Counted from the stretch's first letter, positions 31,650 through 41,949 are shown. The stretch is DNA of 64,000 nucleotides from Promethearchaeota archaeon (GCA_019058245.1 JAHPZJ010000010.1:64001-128000), one strand, 5' to 3'. Numbers and translations are program-made. Notes: a model not told the origin generated them from the sequence alone.

Positions 31650-32096
31650 TTAAAGATCTTCTATAAGATCTTCATATGCTTCCAAAGCCAATTCGACAAT
31701 CTCTTGGAAAGCCATGGCGTCTTGAAGATTCCCTTCGACAGTAATATCTCCTGCCATATATGCTGAAGTTGCATCAACTTCTCCCATTAATATTCCAGCT
31801 CCTACTTCGAGAGAGGAAGACATCGTAAATGAAGGATTCTCCACCTCTCCCTCACCAAAATCAAGATTACCTTCTTTAACTGTTAGCCAGACTTTCTTAT
31901 CAATATCAGTTAGAATGCTTTGTATTGCTATGTCCATATCTTCAAGTTCTTCTTTAAGGTCTTCATTCTCTTTAGAGATTTGCTTAATAAATTCATACAT
32001 CTGCATAACTTCTTCAGCAGAAGCACTAGCTGCTCCAGCGTCTTGAGCTACCTTTATTTTCTTTAATAATGATTCGTCAACCATTTTAATTATCAA
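31650..32096 (-). CDS. SCP2 sterol/lipid-binding domain protein
   Basis: GEVDATSAYMAGDITVEGNL..AM. Confidence 0.88.
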   Translation of the reverse strand: MIIKMVDESLLKKIKVAQDAGAASASAEEVMQMYEFIKQISKENEDLKEELEDMDIAIQSILTDIDKKVWLTVKEGNLDFGEGEVENPSFTMSSSLEVGAGILMGEVDATSAYMAGDITVEGNLQDAMAFQEIVELALEAYEDLIEDL

Positions 32097-32405
32097 CCTT
32101 TTTATATAATTTTCCTCATTTATTTTGGAAATAGTTTATAATAATATTCTATAAATAACAATATTAAAAGGTCATAATGATATAAAAAGGTTTTATTATT
32201 TTACTATTCTAACTTTTAAGAGAATTATCTGTTTTGCTTGTTAACTAGTAAAATTAATAAAAATTTTTAGAGAATTTAATAGAATAATCAAAAATTGTTA
32301 ATTTTCGTTTTTGAAGTTATTTTACGTTGAAATCTAAAATTTTTAAAGATAATTAGATTATTTTATTCTTTAGACTTATAAGGAATGTGAAGAGTTGTTT
32401 CAAAA

Positions 32406-32545
32406 TGGCGCGGCTAGCGGGATTTGTCCTATAAAGAATAAAATTCTTTCCAATTGAACCCGCGTCGCAGGAGTGACAGTCCCGAATGCTTTCGATTAAG
32501 TAAACAGAAGTGTAATACTTAAAGACCGGGCTACACTATAGCCGC
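32406..32545 (-). tRNA. tRNA-Asp(GTC) with two introns (D-loop 32491..32522; T-loop 32424..32453), CCA encoded
   Basis: Acceptor GCGGCTA/TAGCCGC+G+CCA; anticodon arm CGGGA-CTGTCAC-TCCTG; T arm GCGGG-TTCAAAT-CCCGC after removing inserts; both inserts form BHB motifs. Confidence 0.93.
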
Positions 32546-32719
32546 AAAAAATTATAGGTATTGAATTAAAGGAATAAATGAATATATAAAAATTTTATTT
32601 TGCTTATTATTCAATACTTTTAATAGAAAGATTTATATTGTTTAAAGTTGATGTAGATTATATAAAATATTTAGGTATAACAATATAATATATTTGAATT
32701 AGGAACAGATTTATTAATT

Positions 32720-33157
32720 ATGCTTAATTCAAAGGGCTTTAGTTCTGTAATCCATGATTTAGAGAATTATAATGAAGAATTTATTGCAGTTTTTGATAAG
32801 ATCATTAAGTTTTTTGTAAAAATATTCAAGATTGCAGAAGAATTACAAGAAGAAATTGTAGAATATGACGATTTATTTCAAATTATTGTTTCGGATATAA
32901 ATTTTAATTTCTGGTTAAGTATTTCTAATGGTTCAATTGTATACAAAAAGGGAATAAACAGAAACGCATCATTAAGAATCATATTTACTAAGGATCTCTT
33001 AGTGAGAATTTTAAAACGTGAGATCTCTGGAACTGATGCTTTTATGAAAGGATTAATTAAGGCTGATGGAGATCTTTCTCAAGGTTTAAGATTTACAAAA
33101 TTATTTCGATTATTCTTGAAATATTTAAATAATGGATATATAAAACAAAATACCTAA
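32720..33157 (+). CDS. SCP2 sterol/lipid-binding domain protein
   Basis: EISGTDAFMKGLIKADGDL. Confidence 0.85.
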   Translation: MLNSKGFSSVIHDLENYNEEFIAVFDKIIKFFVKIFKIAEELQEEIVEYDDLFQIIVSDINFNFWLSISNGSIVYKKGINRNASLRIIFTKDLLVRILKREISGTDAFMKGLIKADGDLSQGLRFTKLFRLFLKYLNNGYIKQNT

Positions 33158-33286
33158 ATTATCATCTATTTATCATTAATTAGATTTAAATCATCAGTAA
33201 AATATTCGCTATCTTAATTCAATAAAATTTTTTAGAAATAATAGATAGTGAAATGTAACTTGAAATTTTATTTTATGTGTTTTATA

Positions 33287-33361
33287 GGGCTTGTAATCTA
33301 GTCTGGATAGGGTGCCCGGCTTCGGACTGGGATGTCGCAGGTTCGAATCCTGCCAGGCCCA
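33287..33361 (+). tRNA. tRNA-Arg(TCG)
   Basis: GGGCTTG/CAGGCCC acceptor; CCCGG-CTTCGGA-CTGGG anticodon arm; GCAGG-TTCGAAT-CCTGC; A20 in D-loop. Confidence 0.92.
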
Positions 33362-33607
33362 TTTTACTTTGTTAAGAAAAAAAACAATTAATCATTTTTG
33401 ATAAGAAATTAATCGATGAAAAATTATTATTCCTTTGAGGTATCAATTAAATTATTCATTTGAGTTTTTCATTAATTTTTACTGTTTAGATTTTAGTGTA
33501 AAATAAGATTTAAATATGCAAAGCCTACTAAATATGTATAAAAAAAAATATATATTTTTAAATCCGAGGGGGGAAAAATACCGGAGCTTCAGAAAAAGAC
33601 ACCAGAA

Positions 33608-34459
33608 ATGGAAAGATTTGAGAATGAAACAGGAAAAAGGGCTATATGGCGTGGAAGTATAACAGAGAGTTTTAAAAAATGGCAAAATGGAGAGGAGGAT
33701 TTCGAAGCAGATAAAGAAAGAATATCCTTGTATGTATCTAAGAATATAAAAGATGAGTGGTTAAATTTTGCTAGTAATAATGATTATTCTACCTTGTCTA
33801 AATTAATTAGAGAAGCTTTAAAGTTTTTTATTAAATATAGATCAAAAATCATAGTAAAAGATAAAAATTTAGACATCGATCTTTTATCAAGTCTATCCCA
33901 TGATTTGAAAGAACCTCTAACTTCAATTAAAGGTTATTTACAACTAATAATTGAATCACATGGAAATAAAGTTGAAGATAAAGTGATATCAATAATAAAT
34001 AATGTTCTAGGACAATGTACAATTCTTGAAAATAAGATTATTGAATATTTAGAGAAATTTGAATATGCAAAAGAAGAGCAAATTGATAGATTCATGGAAT
34101 ATGATATTCTATTAATTGAAGACGATGCTGAAACTGTGAGCTTATTAACAAGTTACTTTAAATCATTAGGGATCTCTTGTCAAGGCGTTTTAAGTGGTTT
34201 TAGAGGACTTAAAGAACTTAAGAGACATATTCCAAAACTAATATTACTTGATATCATTTTACCCGATATTAATGGCTATGAGGTTGTAAAAAGAATTAGA
34301 ACTAATAATAAGTTAAAAGAAATACCAGTATTTTTTTTAACCGCAATTCCACATGTTGAAGTTGAAAAGAAAATACAAGATTTGGGGGTAACAGGCACAA
34401 TTTTAAAACCTTTTAATTTATCTGATTTCGATGAAATCCAAGAATATTTAGATAGTTGA
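33608..34459 (+). CDS. response regulator with RHH-like and HisKA-like domains
   Basis: RISLYV...LSKLIREAL (RHH), SHDLKEPLTSIKGY (H-box), ILLIEDD..LLDIILPDINGYE..FLTA..KPF (REC); may start at ATA 33578. Confidence 0.88.
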   Translation: MERFENETGKRAIWRGSITESFKKWQNGEEDFEADKERISLYVSKNIKDEWLNFASNNDYSTLSKLIREALKFFIKYRSKIIVKDKNLDIDLLSSLSHDLKEPLTSIKGYLQLIIESHGNKVEDKVISIINNVLGQCTILENKIIEYLEKFEYAKEEQIDRFMEYDILLIEDDAETVSLLTSYFKSLGISCQGVLSGFRGLKELKRHIPKLILLDIILPDINGYEVVKRIRTNNKLKEIPVFFLTAIPHVEVEKKIQDLGVTGTILKPFNLSDFDEIQEYLDS

Positions 34460-34690
34460 TAATTCTTAAAGAATATTCTTGCTTTGACATGAAGTAAAAA
34501 ATTTAATTCTCTTTTTCTCATATAAATTTTCAAAAATTAAGAAATAAATGTCGATTAAAGGAGATTTCTTAGTTTTGGATTTTGTTATCAAAAAATGTAA
34601 TCGTGAATAAAAGAATATTTAAATAAGCAATACGTGGTTATATTATTAACACAAAAGATAATTTTTAGCACAAAAAAGTGTTGTAGTTGA

Positions 34691-35509
34691 ATGATAACCA
34701 TTAATGAAAATTACCCAGAATTATTAGACGATAGCCAGATCTTGCAATTACGAGGATTTTGCTTCTCAGAAGCAAATATTAACGGAGAGATCAAGATTAT
34801 TTTCCAAAAAGGCATTGGTATTACACTTACAAAAAAGATTATTGATTTATATAAAAATATTATATTCAAAAAAAGGCAAGGTTATATTAAAGATACAATA
34901 GGGAATCTTACTATATATATGCAATTCTTTGACTATAAGGAAAATAATAAGATGGTCCTTACCTACATTGATAAAATAGAGAATGATATGAATTACAATG
35001 AGTTATATCAACTTTCGTTAAGATTATACAATTGTATGAAAGCTAATAAAGCAAGAACGGAAATAGCGCATTTTTGTGAAAGAATTATTGAAATTCCTAA
35101 AGCAAGAGGAATAGTTGGAATTTTTGTTATTGATAAAGCGGGATTCTTATATTTTTCAAAAATTAATAAAAATCGACCGAAAATGGCAGATAATAATTTC
35201 CAAATTGCTGGATTTATCTCAGCCATATTGATTTATTCACAAGATTTCATTGCTAGAGAAGAATACGGAGAAAAGCTTGAAGATATTGACTTAGGAGGTT
35301 ATCATATGTTCTTAAAAACTAAAAATAATCTAATATTTGCTTATATTATCGATACTGATAACCATACGGGTAATCTAAAAAGATATATGCAATTGGTAAT
35401 GGAAGAATTTATAGATAAATATTATTTTTCTCACGTGGTTAAATTTAACGGAGATTTATCCCCATTCCATATTTTTGAACAAGTGATTGACCAATATTTC
35501 GAAATATGA
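34691..35509 (+). CDS. longin-like domain protein
   Basis: IFVIDKAGFLYF...IAGFISAI...F...Y...GDLSPF..F pattern typical of Asgard longin-like domains. Confidence 0.65.
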   Translation: MITINENYPELLDDSQILQLRGFCFSEANINGEIKIIFQKGIGITLTKKIIDLYKNIIFKKRQGYIKDTIGNLTIYMQFFDYKENNKMVLTYIDKIENDMNYNELYQLSLRLYNCMKANKARTEIAHFCERIIEIPKARGIVGIFVIDKAGFLYFSKINKNRPKMADNNFQIAGFISAILIYSQDFIAREEYGEKLEDIDLGGYHMFLKTKNNLIFAYIIDTDNHTGNLKRYMQLVMEEFIDKYYFSHVVKFNGDLSPFHIFEQVIDQYFEI

Positions 35510-35718
35510 ATATTAAAATTTTTGTTCAATAATAGTTTTTATTTGATAATATCACAATCTTTTTAATAAATTATCTAAATACTTTTATTTGATCAAGATT
35601 TCAAGTTAAAACAACGAGTTATATCCAAAATTATTAAATGAAAAACCCATAAATAATATCATAAAGTTTATCATAAAACTTATTAAATTTATTAATACAA
35701 AATATTATATATAAAATA

Positions 35719-36072
35719 ATGACAGCAACACTTCAACTTGACCTTGTCCTCGACAGTCTAATTAAAACATTTGGAGCTAAGGTCTATTTTATTATAATTA
35801 CATCTGAAAATGGTGCTGTAATTAAATCATATATCAATGAAGAATTCAATAAGTCCTCAATTGGGTTAAATATGTCACAATTATATGAATTAGCAGAAGA
35901 AATTACTTCTGATATTGGAGTTCATTCTCCAGATTTCAATGTAATTCATTCAGATAATTTTTATATATTATCTATTAAAATACTCGATAAAATAGTTACA
36001 GTTCTTACTGAAGATCAAATAGATTTTTCGTCTATTTTTGAGATTATAAATAAGTGTATAGTAACAAACTAA
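35719..36072 (+). CDS. roadblock/LC7-like protein
   Basis: 117 aa; helix, IIITSENGAVIKS, helix, three-strand topology. Confidence 0.65.
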   Translation: MTATLQLDLVLDSLIKTFGAKVYFIIITSENGAVIKSYINEEFNKSSIGLNMSQLYELAEEITSDIGVHSPDFNVIHSDNFYILSIKILDKIVTVLTEDQIDFSSIFEIINKCIVTN

Positions 36073-36202
36073 ATAAGACGACTTCATATGAGAAAGGATT
36101 AGCTATAAAAAACAAAAAGCTAAACATTTATAAAATCTTTAAACTAATAACTAGTGAATTCAATTATAGTAATATCTTTATAAGAAATTCGTGTGAATTA
36201 AA

Positions 36203-36688
36203 GTGAAATATGAAAAAAATCAATATTCAGAAAGATTTTCAATTTGTGCCTTAATTATTGCTGGAGCATTTTTATACTGGGGAATTAATGAATTTATCCA
36301 TTGGGGAGATGGTTCGGAGTGGTGGGGATTTATATTGACTGGAATTGGAATAGCAATCATAATCAGTCAAATATTTACAATAGCTAATAGAAGCAAACTG
36401 AGGAATGTGGTTTTATCAGAGTTTCAAGAGAATCCAGAAGCTACAATCGATGATATTAGTAAAAGTACAGGAATTTCAGCTAAAGATATTCAAGCAATAA
36501 TCTTAGATTTAAAGGCCTCAGGTCAATTACGAGGAAAATTTAACAAAATAACTGGCCAAATTACACATTTTTCAATTCTTGAAAAAGAAAGCCCACCAGA
36601 ACAACAAGCAAAATATTGTTCAAATTGTGGAACACTTACGAAAAATGAGGTTGCTAAATTTTGTTCTTATTGTGGAGCAGAAATGTAA
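36203..36688 (+). CDS. membrane protein with winged-helix and zinc-ribbon domains
   Basis: 2 TM, TIDDISKSTGIS..DI HTH, YCSNCG...FCSYCG. Confidence 0.8.
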   Translation: MKYEKNQYSERFSICALIIAGAFLYWGINEFIHWGDGSEWWGFILTGIGIAIIISQIFTIANRSKLRNVVLSEFQENPEATIDDISKSTGISAKDIQAIILDLKASGQLRGKFNKITGQITHFSILEKESPPEQQAKYCSNCGTLTKNEVAKFCSYCGAEM

Positions 36689-36802
36689 TTAATCATTCTC
36701 CATTTATTTTTGTATTGGATAATTTTGATTCTATATACTATTAGTTCCTATTATTCATTTTACTCTTTAATTATAGATTTAAAAAAAGAAAAAGTTAAAT
36801 AA

Positions 36803-38005
36803 TTATTTTTTAGTTTCTTTTAAGAAAAATGAGATTATTACAGCAATTACCAAAAAAACAGCTTGAATTAATAAAGCAGGCCAATAATCACCGTTTTTTG
36901 TAACATTTTCAAAACTAAGAATAAATAAAATCCCTCCAATTTGCCCTATCATCATTAACATTCCATTAGAACTTGCTTCTGGTACTGGTTTTGTAATATC
37001 TACTGCATATTCAAGGCCTACTGGTCCTGCTGAAAGCAAACCTAAACCTAAAAGAAATCCAAACGTATTTAACATTATGCGGTCAGATGTAAAGGTAATT
37101 ATGAATAGAGAAATTGTTGCTATTATAAGTGAAGATATCAACAGAGGTTTACGCTTTTTATATTTATCTGATAAGATAGACATTACAATACACCCCCCAA
37201 TCCCCCCTAATAACATTAAAGCACCTAATATTCCTGCAAAATTAGGATTATAACCTCGAGGTTCTACAATTCCTTCGATATATGTGGTTACTGTATTGAA
37301 AATACCAAGCCCTAAGAAAAAAAGAATAAGCAGAATGATAAACTGCTTATTCATAAATAACTTCTTCAACCCTTCAGATATTAAGACTTTCTCTTCCATA
37401 ATATCTTTTGTGGGTGGCGTTGGTGGTTTATCTTTAACAAATACAATAAAAATAACACTAATAATTAAAGATAAAATACCATATGTTAATAACATTGGGA
37501 GAAGGTCATTTGCTGGTGTTAGGATAGGAGTAATAAACAGCCCTAAAGCAATACCTATAAATTGTGAAATTAAAGCAATTCCGGTAGCTGTTGTTCTTTC
37601 ATCATCAGGAAACCAGTTTGCTGATAATTTTGTAATAGCATTAAGAATAAAAGGTTGTCCTATTCCAATTCCAATTTGGAATATTAGTACTAAAGTATAA
37701 TCATCTAATGCAACAAATCTTAATAATCCGAAAATCCCCGCGATTATTGCTCCTATTCCAGCTCCAATTTTAAAACCATATTTATCAATAATCCACGCTG
37801 ATAAAAATGCTATTGGAATATATACAATCATAAAACTCATTGCTAATAAATCTATTAAAAGAGCATCAACCCCATAGTAAGTTACAGCAACGCTTCTTAC
37901 TGGTGCAAAACTTATCCATAACATTTGTAGTATAATATTTTCTAGCATAAACAGTAAAAGAACAATCCAGCGGTATCGATAAACTTGAATCATTATTTCA
38001 TTCAT
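36803..38005 (-). CDS. MFS transporter (FLVCR-like)
   Basis: YRYRW, WISFAP, KLSANWFP..ERTTAT; about 12 TM. Confidence 0.9.
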   Translation of the reverse strand: MNEIMIQVYRYRWIVLLLFMLENIILQMLWISFAPVRSVAVTYYGVDALLIDLLAMSFMIVYIPIAFLSAWIIDKYGFKIGAGIGAIIAGIFGLLRFVALDDYTLVLIFQIGIGIGQPFILNAITKLSANWFPDDERTTATGIALISQFIGIALGLFITPILTPANDLLPMLLTYGILSLIISVIFIVFVKDKPPTPPTKDIMEEKVLISEGLKKLFMNKQFIILLILFFLGLGIFNTVTTYIEGIVEPRGYNPNFAGILGALMLLGGIGGCIVMSILSDKYKKRKPLLISSLIIATISLFIITFTSDRIMLNTFGFLLGLGLLSAGPVGLEYAVDITKPVPEASSNGMLMMIGQIGGILFILSFENVTKNGDYWPALLIQAVFLVIAVIISFFLKETKK

Positions 38006-38162
38006 TAAGTTAACACTTTTATTGTTTGATAATTAATTTTAATTAATTAAATCAATTTAGACTTTAACAAATATAAAATTTTAATTTTTAATTAGAAAAT
38101 TTGAAAGTATAAATTTATCCCAAATTTTTTAAATTGTATTTAAAAGATATAAGTGATATATT

Positions 38163-39188
38163 TTGACAAATAAATTTACTGTTGGAGTATTTGGAGCTGG
38201 TAGAATTGGAAAGATACATATTGAAAATCTATTACGTAAAATGCCTGATGTTAATTTGAAAATTGTGGTTGACATTAATATTGATGAAAAATTAAGAGAA
38301 TGGGCTGAAGAAAAAAGAGTTCCAAAACTCACCAATGATCAATTTGAAATTTTAAATGATCCTGCCATTGAAATAGTAGTAATTTGTTCACCTACGGATA
38401 CTCATACTAAAATTATTCAGGAAGCTGCCAAGATGAATAAACACATTTTTTGTGAAAAACCAATTGATTCAGACATAAAGAAGATTAGAAAAACTCTTTC
38501 AGTTGTTAAAGAAAAAAATGTAAAACTCATGATGGGATATAATCGACGTTTTGATCGTAATTTCATGAGATGCCATGAGTCAGTCACCTCTGGTCAAATC
38601 GGTGAACCTCAAATTGTTAAAATAACTTCGCGAGATCCAGCCCCTCCTCCCATCTCATATATAAAAGGTTCGGGAGGTATGTTTTTTGATATGACTATAC
38701 ATGATTGGGATATGGCAAGATACCAAGTTGGAAGTGAAGTGGAAGAAATCTATGCAACTGGAGGTGTACTTATCGATCCCGAAATTGGGAAAGCCGGAGA
38801 TATTGATACCGCTGTAGCTGTGTTGAAATTTGAAAATGGAGCAATGGGAATAATTGATAATACTCGTCAAGCAGTCTATGGATATGATCAACGTGTTGAA
38901 ATATTTGGATCCAAGGGATGTGTTGTAGCGGATAATGAAGCCACTAACACAGTCCGTATTTATACTGCTGATTGTACTAGTATCGATAAAATCCCTTATT
39001 TTTTCATGGATAGATATATAGAATCATACTCAGCTGAACTGAAATATTTCTTTGATTGCTTAGGTAAAAATTTGGAGCCTAAACCTAATGGAGAAGACGG
39101 ATTAAAAAATGTGCTAGTAGCTTTAGCTGCTCAGAAATCATATAACGAAAATCGTCCTGTAAAGATTTCAGAAGTAGAAAACTATTAA
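38163..39188 (+). CDS. iolG: inositol 2-dehydrogenase (Gfo/Idh/MocA)
   Basis: GAGRIG, CSPTDTH, FCEKP, NRRFD, ITSRDP, DMTIHD, YGYDQRVE. Confidence 0.9.
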   Translation: MTNKFTVGVFGAGRIGKIHIENLLRKMPDVNLKIVVDINIDEKLREWAEEKRVPKLTNDQFEILNDPAIEIVVICSPTDTHTKIIQEAAKMNKHIFCEKPIDSDIKKIRKTLSVVKEKNVKLMMGYNRRFDRNFMRCHESVTSGQIGEPQIVKITSRDPAPPPISYIKGSGGMFFDMTIHDWDMARYQVGSEVEEIYATGGVLIDPEIGKAGDIDTAVAVLKFENGAMGIIDNTRQAVYGYDQRVEIFGSKGCVVADNEATNTVRIYTADCTSIDKIPYFFMDRYIESYSAELKYFFDCLGKNLEPKPNGEDGLKNVLVALAAQKSYNENRPVKISEVENY

Positions 39189-39778
39189 TGTATCAAGTTA
39201 TAATGATTAATATAAAATCAAAAAGTCAACTAATTATGTCTTATGATTTAACTGCTTTTAAAGTATTGATAAAGAAACTCTTTCCACCAAAGGAATGCGT
39301 GTTTACTGTGGATACTGATGGTGACGGGAATGTAGATTCATTACAAATAAAATTCATTAATTTACTTCTGCCTTTTGTAATTCCAAAAGAAATTCAAATT
39401 GGAGATTTTAATTTGAATGATTTTAATCCTGAAGATCTTGATTTTTCTAAATATGTAAAATTTTATCTAGATAATGTTGAATTAAATTTTTCAAAAGAAA
39501 GTCTTAATTTAGATACAATAAAGAGCCGCATTTTAATTTATCACAAAGGAGATTCGTTTAATTTAAATGATATTATAGAAGGTAAATTTAGTGGCAGAAT
39601 TATTAACTTAAATGATACAATCAGTATTTTAATAAAAATAGATAAGGAATCTTTGAAGAAATTTACCGAAGGTGCTCATTATTTTAAAATTGAAAGTGAA
39701 TTGATATCTAATCTATTGATTAATTTTGAATTGAATGAAACCAATATGAATATTAGATTCAATCCAAATGATGCTTAA
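39188..39778 (+). CDS. hypothetical protein
   Basis: 196-aa ORF abutting iolG; contains DTDGDGNVD. Confidence 0.75.
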   Translation: MYQVIMINIKSKSQLIMSYDLTAFKVLIKKLFPPKECVFTVDTDGDGNVDSLQIKFINLLLPFVIPKEIQIGDFNLNDFNPEDLDFSKYVKFYLDNVELNFSKESLNLDTIKSRILIYHKGDSFNLNDIIEGKFSGRIINLNDTISILIKIDKESLKKFTEGAHYFKIESELISNLLINFELNETNMNIRFNPNDA

Positions 39779-39895
39779 TATATTATTATAAATTACTTAT
39801 TAAGACCTGTCCCCTAACTTAAATTTCATAAAATTCTTTAAGAAATAAATGGGGTTTTTATTTCTATTTTTAAATTAATTCAAGAAGGTGTTATT

Positions 39896-40405
39896 ATGGC
39901 CATTACAGAAGCTAAGAAAAATATAGATATTAGTATCGCCAGTGTTCAATTTATTTGTCCGGTCTGTAAAACTAAAAAAACTCTTGATATACCTAAATCT
40001 GTTATAGAAGAGGCAAAACAATTGACTACAATGTCAATAGCACGTGGATTGGTATGTAATCACCAATTTCAAGCTTATGTAGATAAAAATTATCAGGTTC
40101 GAGGATATCAAAAAGTAGATTTTGAATTTGAAAATACAGTTCATCAAGAAGAAGTTTTAGATTCCAACAATACCAAACAAGATGATAGTGAACTTATTGA
40201 AAATTTAATACTTGAAGGTAATTATGTTGAATATAATCCACTTAAAACCAAAATAAAAATAGGTAATAACATAAAGAATAAAGAAATCACTTCTCAAAAG
40301 AAAAAAATGACCCTCAAAGAAATATATGATGAATTTTGGGAATTAATAGATGATAATAATGAAGAATTTAAGGTCTTCCTTAGAAATGATTTGAGAAGAA
40401 ATTAA
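39896..40405 (+). CDS. hypothetical Zn-binding protein
   Basis: CPVC ... CNHQFQAYVDKNY.VRGYQKVD. Confidence 0.78.
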   Translation: MAITEAKKNIDISIASVQFICPVCKTKKTLDIPKSVIEEAKQLTTMSIARGLVCNHQFQAYVDKNYQVRGYQKVDFEFENTVHQEEVLDSNNTKQDDSELIENLILEGNYVEYNPLKTKIKIGNNIKNKEITSQKKKMTLKEIYDEFWELIDDNNEEFKVFLRNDLRRN

Positions 40406-40498
40406 AGGTTAATAGTATAAAAAACTATTTTATATAATTAGAGAAAAGCATTTGAATAAAATCTGTTTTTATAGAACTATTATGAAAAACAATCATAA

Positions 40499-40631
40499 TG
40501 CCAAGGGGGAGATTTGAACTCCCGATACCTAGATCTTCAGTTTCACCATTATCAGTAATTCTGATGATTCTAGTGCGTTCTTACCCGACATCAGGGAAAT
40601 TCTAATGTTCACCGGGCTACGCCACCTTGGC
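40499..40631 (-). tRNA. tRNA-Phe(GAA) with two introns (D-loop about 40582..40610; position 30/31 at 40542..40569)
   Basis: Acceptor GCCAAGG/CCTTGGC+A; CTAGA-CTGAAGA-TCTAG anticodon arm after excision; GGGAG-TTCAAAT-CTCCC. Confidence 0.92.
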
Positions 40632-40801
40632 TAGATTATGAATTTTTACTTTATAAAACGTTTAAGTTTTTAAAATATCAAAATTCGTAATTTAGAAAGG
40701 GAAAAATATCATATAAATTTTTTTCAAAAGAATCTTATTTAAATCAAAATTAATCAAAAAACATAATTAATTTCATTACTAACGGGAGTTTGATCTTTTT
40801 T

Positions 40802-41830
40802 TTATTTGGTAAGGTTTGTAATAATGGCTCTACCCACAAATTTTCCTTTTTTCATTTCCTCAAATACTTCATTAATTTCTGAAAGATTAGCAGTTCTCCC
40901 GACATGAGTTTTAACCTTGCCTTCTACTGCTATTTGGACTAATTCTCTCATATCTTCTACAGTACCAGTTAGGGATCCGATTATTTGTAAGTCTCTTATT
41001 ATTACTTCAAAAGGAGTTACTGATATTGTTCCCTCATCGAATGGGGGTATACCTACTCCAATTAGTGTTCCTCCAACTCTGAGTAATTTTATTCCAAGAT
41101 TATAAGCCGAAATATTTGCTGCAAATACTATACTTACTTGAACGCCCCCTAACTTTTTTTCAACGAACTTCTCAGCTTCATTAACATCTATTGCATGATC
41201 AGCACCGAGGTTCTTAACGATCTCTAATTTTTCAGATCCTTTATCAATTCCAATGATTTTATATCCAAAATTTTTTGCGATCTGTACAGCATAATGACCA
41301 AGTCCACCAGCAGCCCCAATGATGGCAATATATTTATCAGAAGGAATTTTGAGGCTCTTAAGTTTTTTGATTGCTCTATACGCTGTTAAACCCCCACATG
41401 CTAGAGAAACTTCAGTATCACTTAGTTCATCCGGGATTTTTACCAAAGATTGAGCCCACACGGAAATATATTCACTAAATATTCCGAACAAAGGTTTTCT
41501 TTCTGGACAATACATAGCTTTTCCTGAGAGACAATACTCACAGGTTCCACACCAGTATCCTAATGTTCCACCAAGACCCAATATAACTCTATCACCTACT
41601 TCTATATCAGATTCAGAATTAGGACCCAATTCCTCAACTATGCCAATTCCTTCATGTCCCAAGGGACGTGGAGTCGGCAATTTCATCCACTCTCCCATCA
41701 CAACATGTAAGTCTGTATGACAAACACCTGCGGTTGTAATTTTTACTAGGGCTTCTCCAGCTTCGGGAGAGGGTTTAGGAACATCAATAATACTTACTTT
41801 TCCAATTTCTTGAAGTATTGCAGTTCGCAT
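40802..41830 (-). CDS. zinc-dependent alcohol dehydrogenase
   Basis: GVCHTDLH, GHEG.G, CGTCEYC...C, GAAGGLG. Confidence 0.93.
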   Translation of the reverse strand: MRTAILQEIGKVSIIDVPKPSPEAGEALVKITTAGVCHTDLHVVMGEWMKLPTPRPLGHEGIGIVEELGPNSESDIEVGDRVILGLGGTLGYWCGTCEYCLSGKAMYCPERKPLFGIFSEYISVWAQSLVKIPDELSDTEVSLACGGLTAYRAIKKLKSLKIPSDKYIAIIGAAGGLGHYAVQIAKNFGYKIIGIDKGSEKLEIVKNLGADHAIDVNEAEKFVEKKLGGVQVSIVFAANISAYNLGIKLLRVGGTLIGVGIPPFDEGTISVTPFEVIIRDLQIIGSLTGTVEDMRELVQIAVEGKVKTHVGRTANLSEINEVFEEMKKGKFVGRAIITNLTK

Positions 41831-41949
41831 TTTACTTTTTTCATCTCATAAATTTCTTTGTTGAATATTAATTTGTTGTTGAATTTTAAATAGCTATTCT
41901 ATTTGATAATAATCAAATTATAATTAGACAGTTATTTTATCTAAATATT

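Noticed and set aside
33287-33361. tRNA-Pro(CGG) reading
   Set aside because: Only the CCCGG/CTGGG stem pairs, centring TCG; A20 supports Arg.
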